64,000 nucleotides of DNA from assembly GCA_003693705.1 (NCBI GenBank), contig RBZT01000312.1, positions 1-64,000 of the forward strand, given 5' to 3'. Below are positions 37,059 to 48,400 of the stretch, piece after piece. How positions within the stretch are numbered: position 1 is the first letter of the stretch; the number at the start of each line of letters is the position of its first letter. The position numbers were made by a program, and so were the translations under genes. Under the pieces are notes generated by a model. The model was not told the origin of the DNA. It was given only the letters and a program-made list of their open reading frames with translations, and did not search any database. Origin of the DNA: Polymyxa betae A26-41 (Eukaryota; Protista; Endomyxa: Phytomyxea).

Positions 37059-40000
37059 ATGTTGCAAAATTCGGTTCTGGTCCTTGGGTGCGGACTGGTA
37101 TCGGGCCCGCTTATAGATTATCTCTCGCGCGAGCATTCCATCGATGTTATTGTGGCGACCCGAACTGCATCAAAGGCGGAGGCGCACGCTTCTGTGAAGA
37201 TTGTCGAATACGATGTCGTCAAGGATGCGGAAAATAACATGAACGGCCTGGTTGAGATTATCCGATCTACTGCGCTGTAAGCGGTTTGGTTTCTATATGA
37301 TGGATTGTCGCTAACAAAGCGATTTAGGCCGATTAAACTGGTTATATCTTTATTACCGTACACATATCATGTGCTTGCAGCTCGGGTCGCCTTATCCGAA
37401 AATATTCATTTCTTTACCACTTCTTACATCTCTGATGAAATGATGGCATTGGATGACGAAGTAATGTTTACCCACTGGTTATCTTCATGGCTCTCATGAG
37501 TTTTCAGGTTGCTCGCAAGAACCTTCTTTTTTTGAATGAATGTGGCGTCGATCCTGGTCTTGACCATATGTCTGCTATGAAGATTATCAACGACGTCCAC
37601 TCTAAAGGCGGTAAGGTCATTTCCTTTCGATCGATATGTGGTGGATTGCCTGCTCCAAATTCTAACAACAATCCATTGGGCTACAAACTTAGTTGGAGCC
37701 CACGAGGTAAAACACATGTAAACTCAACACACGTTTCACTTAAGCAGCATTCAGGCGTTTTGCTTGCCGGAAGCAATAATGCCTGCTATCGAAACTCAAA
37801 GGAAACGATATTGATTCCTGGTTCCGAACTGTTCTCTCAGACTAATGTTCGCCAAGAAGGTTTTTCGGTAAACGGAACACCAGTGGAACTTGAATGGTTG
37901 GACTTATAATATTGACTCTGTATCAGCTTATTCATGTTTTCAGGTATTATAATCGAGATTCGGTCAAATACCTTTCAGTTTATAACCTTGAAAATGAAAC
38001 CGATACCATCATTCGAGGAACCTATCGCTATCCAGGCTGGGCGAAATTTATGAAGGTTGCTTAACGCAATTCGCTTTTGCTTTGAACTGAGAGTTGGCCA
38101 GGCGATTTCCGTTCTTGGCCTCAACTCAACCAATGAGAAACCATTTGAAGGGGAGGAAGCCTCAGCTTTGGATTTTGCTTCGCATTTCTTATCGTGCGAG
38201 TATGGTGTTTCTCCACAGCAGAAGATAGCCGAGACTTTGAAGTGCTCATTAGATGATGAGGTTCTGCAGAAACTGCAATGGTTAGGAAGCCCTTTTTTTT
38301 TCGTACAAAAATGCGGCTGACGTTTTTCTCGTAGGCTTGGCCTTTTCGACCATTCAATAATTCTAAATTCAAGGAAAATTCAATGCCCTTTAGACCTAAT
38401 GTGCACTTTGATGCAATCGAAAATGATGTACAGCCCTACAGAAAACGATATGATTGTCATGAAGCACGAGTGAGTTGAAACTGTTAGATACTCTTGCATC
38501 AACTAATTTCGCAACAGGTTTGAGATTGAATATACTCCCAGCAACCGCCAGACGATCGTTTCCACATTGGTGGACTTTGGCCTCCAACCAAAGGGCGCTT
38601 CTTCTATGGCTCGTACAGTCAGCTTACCTGTTGCAATAGCCGCAGTAAAACTCGCGACATTTTTTGGAATTCGTTTTTTTAATTATGTGATAGCGAGCAT
38701 TGCTTGAGAATCGTTTCAGTCTGGTTGGCGTGAAGCGTCCGGTTTATTTAGAGTTATACGATTTGATTTTAAGCGAAATGGAACAGAAAGGGGTTAAATT
38801 CTCCGAACAAGGTAATTGTAAATTGTTCTTGACGTTACCTTGGATATCCATGTAGTTTAGTGCTTGGTCCGTTGCTATGGATTCGTGCCGAAGTTAAACC
38901 TGGTGAACTTCGTAGCCCAGTTACCCCGAGTGACGCTAAGAAGCTGTTACAAGCTGGATTCCGCATCGCTGTTGAAAAATCGGACTCGCGATGTTTCAGT
39001 GATGACGAATTCAGGAGTTTAGGTTGTGACATGGTAAATAGACAAGTTATTCCCACATTTTTAATGGATCCGTTGTTTATGCTTGCTTAGGTAGAAGCTG
39101 GTTCCTGGGTGTCTGCTCCCCATTCCGCAATTATTTTTGGTGGGTTATGCATCTTAGAGTGAATTCCTGTAGCTGAATTTTTTTACAGGTCTTAAAGAGC
39201 TTCCTGATTTCACTGACGGGGGAAAATCCGGCCCTGTAGTGCCAGGAGCAAAATGTTACGAATTTGGGCTGAAACATCGCCATGTTTATTTCGCTCACTG
39301 TTTCAAAAATCAGTTTGGTTGTGAGAAATTACTTGCTCGTTTTGCTGAAGGTGTGCCGATGAATAGGTATGTTTGCAGGTTTCTGAGCATTCGTTTAGGT
39401 GGTGGCTTCCTCTGGGACCTGGAATTCTTAACTGATGATCGCAATTGCCGGGTCGCTGCCTTTGGTCGGTCCGCTGGAATTGTAGGCATGGCTTTAGGTT
39501 TGGAAATTCTGTTGCTTTACCTCAGCACCTGACGCTCATTAGGTGTAATGGCTTATGCGGTGAAAAAGTTGGGCCAACAAATGCCAAGCATCTCCTCGTT
39601 TTCTTCGTCGGATGATCTTGCAGCATTTGTAAAAGAGAAACTACATCAGGTCAAATCTCCTGAAAGTATTACTATTATTGGAGCTTTAGGGTACATTTGT
39701 TAAACCAGCTGTCCTCAATATTCATACGACTCTGGTAGGCGCTGTGGTCGTGGAGCTGCATATATGGCAAACCTACTTGGTCTATCTCACGCCATTAAAA
39801 GCTGGGACTTGGCTGAAACTAATGCTGGCGGGCCGTTCCCTGTCTTGTTAGACTCTGACATTATCGTGAACTGTATCTGTTTAGGAGACAAACAAATCGC
39901 TCCATTCGTCACGAAAGAGCTATTGCTTTCCAATCCAAATTGTCGACTGGAGGTTCTAGCTGATGTTTCTTGCGATTACCCGAATCCAAACAATCCATTC

Positions 40001-40294
40001 CCAGGTAATTCCGTTCAATCGTTGGCATGTTTTCATTTTGCTGAATTCAAACAAGTCTATGCAAAAGGCACAACATTGACGAAACCAGTTCTTGAAATCG
40101 AACTCGGCGGCAATAAGTCCCTCCATGTTGTTTCGATTGACCATCTTCCAACTGTTATTCCCAGGGAAAGCAGCTCTGAATTTTCCCAGGATATTTTACC
40201 TTACTTGTATCATTTATTCGAACCAGAATCCTCGCCGGTATTCAAGAAAGCCGGTTCACTCTTCTCTGAAAAGCTCTCCCAAGTTGTTGTTTAA
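37059..40294 (+). CDS. Bifunctional saccharopine dehydrogenase fusion: N-terminal Lys9-type (glutamate-forming) + C-terminal Lys1-type (lysine-forming), multi-exon
   Basis: N-half: [63 protein letters not shown]-half: [81 protein letters not shown]. No separate ATG for the C-half. Confidence 0.88.
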
Positions 40295-40423
40295 ATCGAT
40301 AAAAATCCAACTTGTTTCATGTCTCAAAACTTGCCTCCAAATTACCATCTTGTTTGTCAAAAAACTGATGCGCAAAACTCGTGTCTTGTTTCCCCAAGCC
40401 CAGCTCCTACGGTACTTCAATAA

Positions 40424-41524
40424 ATGTCGTTTCTTCGCCAAATAATCAAAGACCGGCGTGCTATAGCGCAACGTCACGAACATCAATCAGGTGGTGAAAG
40501 AAATAGGGCCGGTCGATTGTTCCCAAAACGCAAAGTCGACAAGCCATGGCCGCGACCATTTCCATTGGATCCTCGGTTGTTTTCGATGCATACTCGGCAA
40601 ATCGCTCGATGTTTGACAAATGCTGTTTCGTGTCGAGCCTGTGGAGTTACTGTTTATGCGATTGCAGGGACAGTTCCGGATCTGCTTTCAAATCCCTCAA
40701 TTGGATTTTGGACTAAGCGCGTACGAACATTTTGACTTTATCAATGACAGTGTGGTAATCAAAGCGTTCTTAGAAAGACCTGGGCAACAATGCCATCGAT
40801 CGAACCAGAGCACGTAAACGGATGAGAGAGTTGGCGGCGGCCGCTTGTGTTCAATGTGGCCTTCCTGGAGTTCAATACATTTTCCGGCTATCTGGCCCTG
40901 TATTATTCCTCAGCCCTAAAGATATGTACAGCGAAATATGTTATGTAATCAATGTGATGCCTATGATCGTCACCTAACATCTTTTCAAGGCCATGAACAC
41001 TCTTGCTGGAAAACAAATGGCAAGGCATACTGTCTCTAGGCCTCTTCCCGGTTGTTTAACTATCAACGAACTTCGAAGCAGAATCTCAGATTTCGAGTCG
41101 ATTAGTGGAAGCATGGCAGGGCAATACGCCATCAGGTTATTGCATCCATTATATTCAGTGAAGGGAGTGATGAATATATTAACACAGCCTTTATTCGGGA
41201 TCAAACTGGGATGGAAGCTGTCATTCTATTGTGAAACAATTGCAGAATTTGTGCCATCTAGCGAAATCTGACCCGATGATCAAGAAAGCACTGTCAATGA
41301 GAAGCGCAGCCGACTTTCGTGGTACACATGAGGTCAAGAAGCATTGTCAGAAATGTCAGTATCAAAGCCATCTGGTTCGATATTTCATTGGTTAGTCTGT
41401 TGTAGAGCATTGTTCGAACAGGAAGTCATTGATCGTTTCTACAGGGTATTGTTTTCCCAGAGGACATTTGCAGTTTATCCCTGATATCATTCCGATTTTG
41501 TCCAAGTTGCTTACAATCTCATAA
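40424..41524 (+). CDS. rnpA: Bacterial-type RNase P protein (RnpA)-like domain fused to an OSCP/ATP synthase delta N-terminal-like domain; 5 exons, 298 aa
   Basis: Exons 40424-40720, 40774-40944, 40990-41135, 41188-41390, 41445-41524; all GT-AG, introns 45-54 nt, frame preserved. PSIGFWTKRKDLGNNAIDRTRARKRMREL..LPGVQYIF matches the RnpA RNR helix; GQYAISLYSG...RGHLQFIPDII resembles OSCP. Confidence 0.7.
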
Positions 41525-42148
41525 ATTCCTGGCGACATAATTCGTTCTAGCAGGTTGCAGTTTCATATTGCTCATAAAGTCAGCGTATGTCATCGATAAT
41601 CGAAAGACAAGCGGCAGCTCTGTGAATAATCATATCGTTCCATGCGTCGGTGCGGCCAAAAACCTTCCTCTCACATCTTCATAACATCGTAGCTTCATAG
41701 AATCGATCGACCGTTGCAGAACGCTTAAGGCTATCTTGACGGCAACAAACGCTTTGAAACTGAATGTCCAACCTCCAGCATTTACCGAATTGGATCCAGA
41801 GCGTTTAGTGCACGACACTCTTTGACATATTTGCATGATTTAATCTCAGACCGAACTAAAACCATGATCTGCTCTTTCTATACGACATTAGACTGATTAG
41901 AGGCCTAAAAGTTCCATCTGAGAACAGCTACGGAGGTTCCTGTTCTCTGATCTATTTTTCTGAGTTTGAACGGCATTTTCTCGCGTTCATGCTAATTGAT
42001 TTTTCATGATTGTTGCCCAAGTAAGCAATATGCGATGCCATCGGACTCCATTCCTTCATCAGTTTACGATCCCGTTCTATATATTACCTGTTCTGTATAT
42101 CATCGTCGTCGTCCGTGCATTATCAATCAGCTCATCCTGCAATTCAGA

Positions 42149-42979
42149 ATGGCCTGGCAATGTTCCGCTTCGTCCAACGTCCAGCTGCTAAACAACCTTC
42201 GCCATGCCGGCATCATTAAGACCGATCGGGTCTTTCGTGCCATGATGGCCGTCGATCGCGGCGGCTACGTTCCCCGAAACGAAAACGCCTACGACGATTC
42301 CCCTCAGCCGATCGGTTGATGATCTGGTCAGTCGCTTCTAGCTTCTCACCAATCCTCGCAGGCTACAACGCAACAATAAGCGCTCCTCATATGCATGGGC
42401 AAATGCTCGAGCTTCTACAAGGGCATCTGCAGCCCGGGTCGATATCCCTGGATGTCGGCAGCGGCAGTGGTTATCTGACCGCCTGTATGGCCCAACTTGT
42501 CAAACCAGAAGGGAAGGTATTCGGTGTCGAACATATCCCTGAGCTCAACGACCAGGCCCTTCGCAACATCAAGAGAGCTAACTCGGACCTATTTGACGAC
42601 AATGTCGTCGAGCTAGTCGTAGCCGATGGCCGTCAAGGCCTGAAAGCGCACGCTCCTTATGACGCGTAAGTGAGTTTGGGGTTTTGTAGGGTTTAGGGTT
42701 TGACTGCCACAGGATTCATGTGGGCGCGGCCGCCCCTGATGTCCCACAAGAGCTCATTAAGCAATTGAAGAATGGAGGTATGGTCGTTTTAGGTTCCGCG
42801 ATGGCGGATATGACGCCTGGCTAGGGCGGCTGGTGGTTCCGGTCGGATCCAACATCTTCGGCCACGAGCTCATGGTCTTCGATAAAGATCAGAATGGACG
42901 AATCCATTCACAGTCGGTGGCGGCGGTCCGATTCGTACCGCTCACCAGCCGGGAAAGTCAACTTCGTTCCGAGCGCTGA
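42149..42979 (+). CDS. PCMT1: Protein-L-isoaspartate O-methyltransferase, 4 exons
   Basis: MAWQCS, AYDDSPQPIG|YNATISAPHMH, LDVGSGSGYLTAC, DGRQG...APYDA|IHVGAAA, VRFVPLT. Confidence 0.97.
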
Positions 42980-43287
42980 ATATCACTTCTCGCGATATCC
43001 ATCAGTCTTACCTTATTCCACAATCCATAACCACGCCACGATCCAAAAATAAACTATCACAAACCATTTTATCCGCAAACGAACAATTGTACTGAGTTGA
43101 TGATAATCAATCCACTGCAAACCTCAGAATGCAATTCTGAACGACTGTAAGAGCAGCTGTGATGGGAGGACGTCAGGACGACGATGGCAGATGGTGATGG
43201 GTCGCTGTGGTCACGCGGGGTCCGTGATCTTGATTCCGGGGTCTCTTGGCCGTTACCCCCAGGTGAAGGGGGTCAGCCCATCTCTCA

Positions 43288-44529
43288 ATGGGGTCGTTAT
43301 CAAGAGTGGCGATCTGGTCTAGGAGATGGCGACAACCAGCATTGCGGTTCGTCTCAAACCAGACGACGTCGGCGACGTCGGGGGCGCCGAATGTCTTCTC
43401 CACGACGCTTAAGGTCGGCCGACGTATCCAGGACGGAGGGCGCCCTGGGCTAATGTCGCTAATAGGATTCACCATTTACTGGACGTTCAAGGCGGGGACA
43501 TGAAGGCGACTCAAAGCCCTGGATCGCTAATCTCCTGAAATCGTTCTTTGTGAGTCAATGGCAGAGACAGATTAACACTGCTGTTATGTACGAGTCTTGT
43601 GCTCAACAAGCTCTACATCCCAGTTTCTACAGAGGTACTGACTCCTTTAATCATCGGACAGATCTCCAGTTTTCAATTATGTTTTGTAAGCTAATTTTAC
43701 TGGTACGCTTTTGAAACTTTTTTAAGTTCAGGCCCTATTGATTTAGCACCAGCTGTCAAAGCACTATGTTGCATCACTTGATTAGCAAGCCCCATTTTTA
43801 TCTAGGTAAAGCCTGTTATTAATAAGACATTGATTTAGATACGACGGCATCCCCTTCGCCTTATAACCTGAACAATACATTTGCCAATAATCTGGAACTA
43901 ACCTCCATGCATGTCTGGCTCTGTAAAACACGAATTATGTGCCCAAGCATACACAGATCGGACGAATTCGATCATGCTGAGGCGCGCCTATTCCTCCAGC
44001 AGCTACTCGAACGGATGTGGGAGCACATTTCCCGATCTCTAACAGGTACGACCTCTGTCGACGGCGTCGTTCTGGACCGATAGCTGACGGCGATACAGGT
44101 GCCGGTGCACATGATATCCGTCTAAACAAATTCCTGAAGGAGATCCAAGATTCTGTGTTCGGTTCATTCATCGCTTACGATCAGGCACTTGCCCGAGTGG
44201 TACCGGCATCCAACGGAGGCAACAGCCCCATCCGCGGCCCCTTAATCGGCGACTATGATGCCGCCATCGAGTCGTTTGTAAAGGCGACTATGAGTAATTT
44301 CTTTGGACCAACCGAAGCTGTTCGTGATGACCTGTCGACGGTTCAAGCCAAAGCGCTGGCAGACTATATGGTAGGCCAGTTACAGCGCCTAGAGCAATGT
44401 TCCGATGAGACACTGAGATCGGCCGGGTATTGCATTGTATGGGAAGATCCTGTCTCAGCTCGTATTATGAAAGTCGATATTCGAGATGAAATCAGGCCGG
44501 CATCATGCAGAGAGCAGCCCGCCCTATAA
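43288..44529 (+). CDS. CBP3: Ubiquinol-cytochrome c chaperone CBP3/UQCC1, multi-exon
   Basis: Arg-rich presequence; NNTFANNLELTSMHVWLCKTR, LERMWE, KFLKEIQDSVFGSFIAYDQAL, LADYMVGQLQRL. Confidence 0.75.
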
Positions 44530-45071
44530 AACCATTCTATTAAATGAATCTGATTGACTTCCATCCGGTCTTACCAACTTCATACGGCTGCATCATAACA
44601 GGCTAGATTCACAGGCTTTAATTCTTGCATTTCATTTATCATGTATTCTGTCCCTTACTGTTGGTCAAATTGAATCTATCTTGCGCATCTGAACGTTCGC
44701 TGGCATCCGGCGGTGTTACTCTACCATGCAGCTCTCGATTGCCAGTTGAAATATTTCTCAGAAACTTCTTAAGGACGCACCACAATGAGCCTGTCATCAC
44801 TGAGTGTCTGGTTAGATTCATCCATCGATCCTTATTCCTCAACCATTAGGTGGTCCCTGATATCAATCAGGACGAATCTTAGCACTGAAAATTACCCATC
44901 TGCATGCTACAGACTTTGAACGCAGATAACATGATCGATTTCTATTTCTATCATTGAAGAATTCGAGACGATCACCAAAATTGGTAGTCTGTCCCGCCAC
45001 AACATCAATGCATTTCCCTGCATTTCCAATTAGCACTTTCGTCAATATTTTAGCACCGGGCGGCAACTTTC

Positions 45072-45282
45072 TTAAAACTGTGCGTTAGAGTGCGCCTGGC
45101 ATCCACGCAGAATTACAGTACCGTTTTGCATCAGGTTGTCCCCAAACGGTAGGTACTTTCGGCAGTTTTGCAAAACATGCGCGTTTGCAAAAAACTCAGG
45201 CTCAGTTTCAGTTCTAAAACTGCACCGAAACGGTAAGGTAAGTTTTAGGAAAATTTCAGTTTTGGCCAAACGCACACTTTAG
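45072..45282. mobile_element. Possible MITE-like foldback element
   Basis: Imperfect terminal inverted repeats (TAAAACTGTGCGTTAG / CCAAACGCACACTTTA), internal AAAACTG/CAGTTTT and AAACGGTA/TACCGTTT motifs in both orientations, no credible ORF. Confidence 0.3.
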
Positions 45283-45457
45283 TGTTGCACTGTCTGCACC
45301 ATCCAAAGTGTTTTCAAAAATATGCGCGCAACTTGTCTGTTAACTGTACAACGGATTCTCCCTAAGACATACCTGCATGATCGCTCATTTTGTTGAATCG
45401 GGCTGAGGAGCGTCTAATTCATCTTCCTATGACACAATCAGCATCCGTTGGGCGTCC

Positions 45458-48400
45458 ATGTTTGAGAATTTAGTCGCCTCCAGACTATCGGCCTTCCTCA
45501 GCGCCTATGTCGAGGGATTCGACCCGAGCCAGATCATCACATCGGTCGGCGTCTGGAACGGGCGCCTCGACCTACACAACTTATCAATTCGCCCTGATGC
45601 TCTCATTTCTGCCGATCTTCCCGTTAAAATCATCTCCGGACGTATCGCCCATCTCCAGGTCGTCGTCCCTTGGGTAAATCTTACCCAAGCGGCCGCTACA
45701 TTCACATTGGATGGCGTCGATATCGTTCTGGGCACCGATTTCTCGTCGCACAGCGATGCCGTTATTGCGAATCGTCACAAGCGATCTCTGCTGGACGAGC
45801 ACGAACTAATGGCTCGACGTCGGCGTCCTGGGCTGGACCCCGGATTCGTCCAGAAGTTCTTGTACAGCTTTTTCTACAATTTTCACCTTGAAATTCGAAA
45901 CGTTCGTATCCGTTTTGAACATCAATCGCTATCAGATATGAAACCCTTCGCTTTGGAATTCGTCCTAGATTCTGTCATTATTCAATCGACAAACGCCAAT
46001 AACGAACCGGCACTAACCGCAGCCGGTGATGCATTTGCTTACAAGGTCGTTAATGTCGAGGGATTTCGCCTAAGCTGGGCTGCTTTGAACAGCAATATCA
46101 TCGCCGATCCTGACACAGACAATATCATTCCATCACTCTCGTTAATGGCCATGCTGCGATTGGCAAAACCCTCGAATTCGTCGTCTGATTCTTCGCCGTC
46201 ACCTCCAATCCCTCGACTCCACATCCAATTGATTGTCGATTCAATTTCGGTTCATCTCCTCGAATCTGTATCTCGACAGCTATCCCTGCTGATCGCTTCT
46301 TTTATCGCTCATCTTCAGTCGCCACGTCCTGAAGGTCGATATGATGGACGTCTGGCACGTCCAAACCGTCCGTTAATTCCAGTTAAAGGCAACGCCCGGC
46401 TCTGGTGGCAATTCATGACTCGATCGTGGTGCGATCAGCAATATGCGACCAGCTGGATACGGATTCGCGCCTTCCGTCAGCTCTTCCGCGAATATATCGC
46501 CCTTTTCAAAGACGATCTAGCTCAGGGCCCGGGAAATTCGGAACGGTCTGCTCGTTTGCAGACGTTGGAAGCGCAGCTGTCGCTGGACCAAATATTGCTG
46601 ATGCGTGACATCGCCGAACAGCAGCTGCTGAAACAGGAGACGGAACAGGCGCAGGTCGTGAGGAAGCGGCTCTCTCGCAGTAACTGGCGCTCGTTCATCT
46701 CTGGATTTCTGTTCTCATCGTCCGACGACCTGAACCAAGTTCAAGCTGCCGCAGCCCTGATCGAGGGCGCCCCTGAAGAATTCGCGGCCGACGAACCATC
46801 AAGCTCAGCACGCGTCACCCATTGTCTGTTTCGTTTCCAAATTCGCTCGCTTCGTCTTTTTGTCGTCAATGATGAACGCATTCGTGCGTTCGAAGCTTTG
46901 TTTTTTGGGCTCGCCGGCGATTTCAAATTGCTCAATGCTGAGTCTTATCTGAACGTAACATTACTTCAATGCGAAGCTCGTGATGCCAGTCGAGGAGCGT
47001 CTTCACCTTTGGCGAAGATTGTGGATGCCGGTCCCATCGATGTCGATGTGGATCTGGATGGCGACAACGATGCTCTGATCGAGCTGCGACTGCAACGAGG
47101 CTCTGCCAAGACCGACCTGATGCTTGCGATGCGTCCGGTGTCCGTCGTGCTGTCCCGCGACTGCCTCTCGTTGATCGACATGTTCCAGCCGCGATTCGCG
47201 GCGTCGTCGTCGTCATCGTCGTCGAATTGGTGGAAGATGATTCCGGAGGTTGCCATTGATATTTACATGAGCTCTCTGGTTGTGGTCTTGCCCGATTCTA
47301 ATGGTACTGCTGGTATCCGTGTATCAATTGGACAGGCAAGTCTGGCGAACTCGCTCATCCTTGATGAGGACGGACCGAGCGACACTCAGATTGAGTTCGA
47401 TTGTCATGTCCTGGATATCGCTCTAAGCTCGTTCGTCGTCTCCGAAGCGGATCTCGTTCTTCTTCCGCTGCTCGATACCGTCTCACAGCTGTCGATTTCG
47501 ATCGACACGAACGCGCCCGATGGGGCCGTACGACACGTCGCGATCAAATCGAGCCTGCCAAATATCCGATTTCAATGCTCTGATGAGCAGCGTCGTCTAT
47601 TGTACGAACTTATCTCTTCTTCCAATTGGAGCGCCCAATCCGACAACACTATCAACGACCCTGTAAGTTTAACTACAATTGATCACAATTGCTTTTAAAA
47701 TTTATTTTTTTTGAACAGGTTACCGAACCCATCGTTGCTGTCATTGATGATGTTCGACCTGCGATAGATATCGATATCGAGTGTTTTTCGTGTGTGGGAC
47801 GGTTCTGGTCATCGTTGGATTCGTGTGATGATGGTTTACTATCCATCAGTCTGATCCAGTTACGGCTCCTTTCTCCACACGTTAATGTCATCGAGTATCA
47901 GCTCGAATGCGCAGATGCGGTTTTGGAAAACTGCCGAATCCCAGCTGTGGCGTCCGAATTCTCTCATTGGATATCAATCCGTCATTCGTTCGTCTCCGCC
48001 CACGCTTGTCACAAGGACGCCGATACGCATTCGTCCGTCTTCAGTTTCAAATGGAGGCGTGATTCGTCGGGCGCTGATCTCATTGAAACGTTCCAAATCC
48101 GGTCTTGTAGCGTCCACACCGCCTGTGATAGAGATGCTATGACGTCGTTACTGTCACTGCTCGATTCTGCAACGCAATCCCTGACCTCACCCGATACTGC
48201 TGCTCGCAAAACCATTCGCTACGTTCAAATCGATGTTCCGATATTGGCGTTCTCGTTCCTCATCGATAAGTCGTCGCATTGTTTACTCAAAGCGGAATTG
48301 TTCGATCTGTCGCTCTCATCGAATGACGATTGCCATCAGCTGTCCATTGATAACTTGGCCGTCACCGATAACTGCGCCTCAGCTCCAGAATACGCCAACC

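Noticed and set aside
44600-45070. Short ORFs downstream of CBP3
   Set aside because: No family similarity and no consistent gene model.
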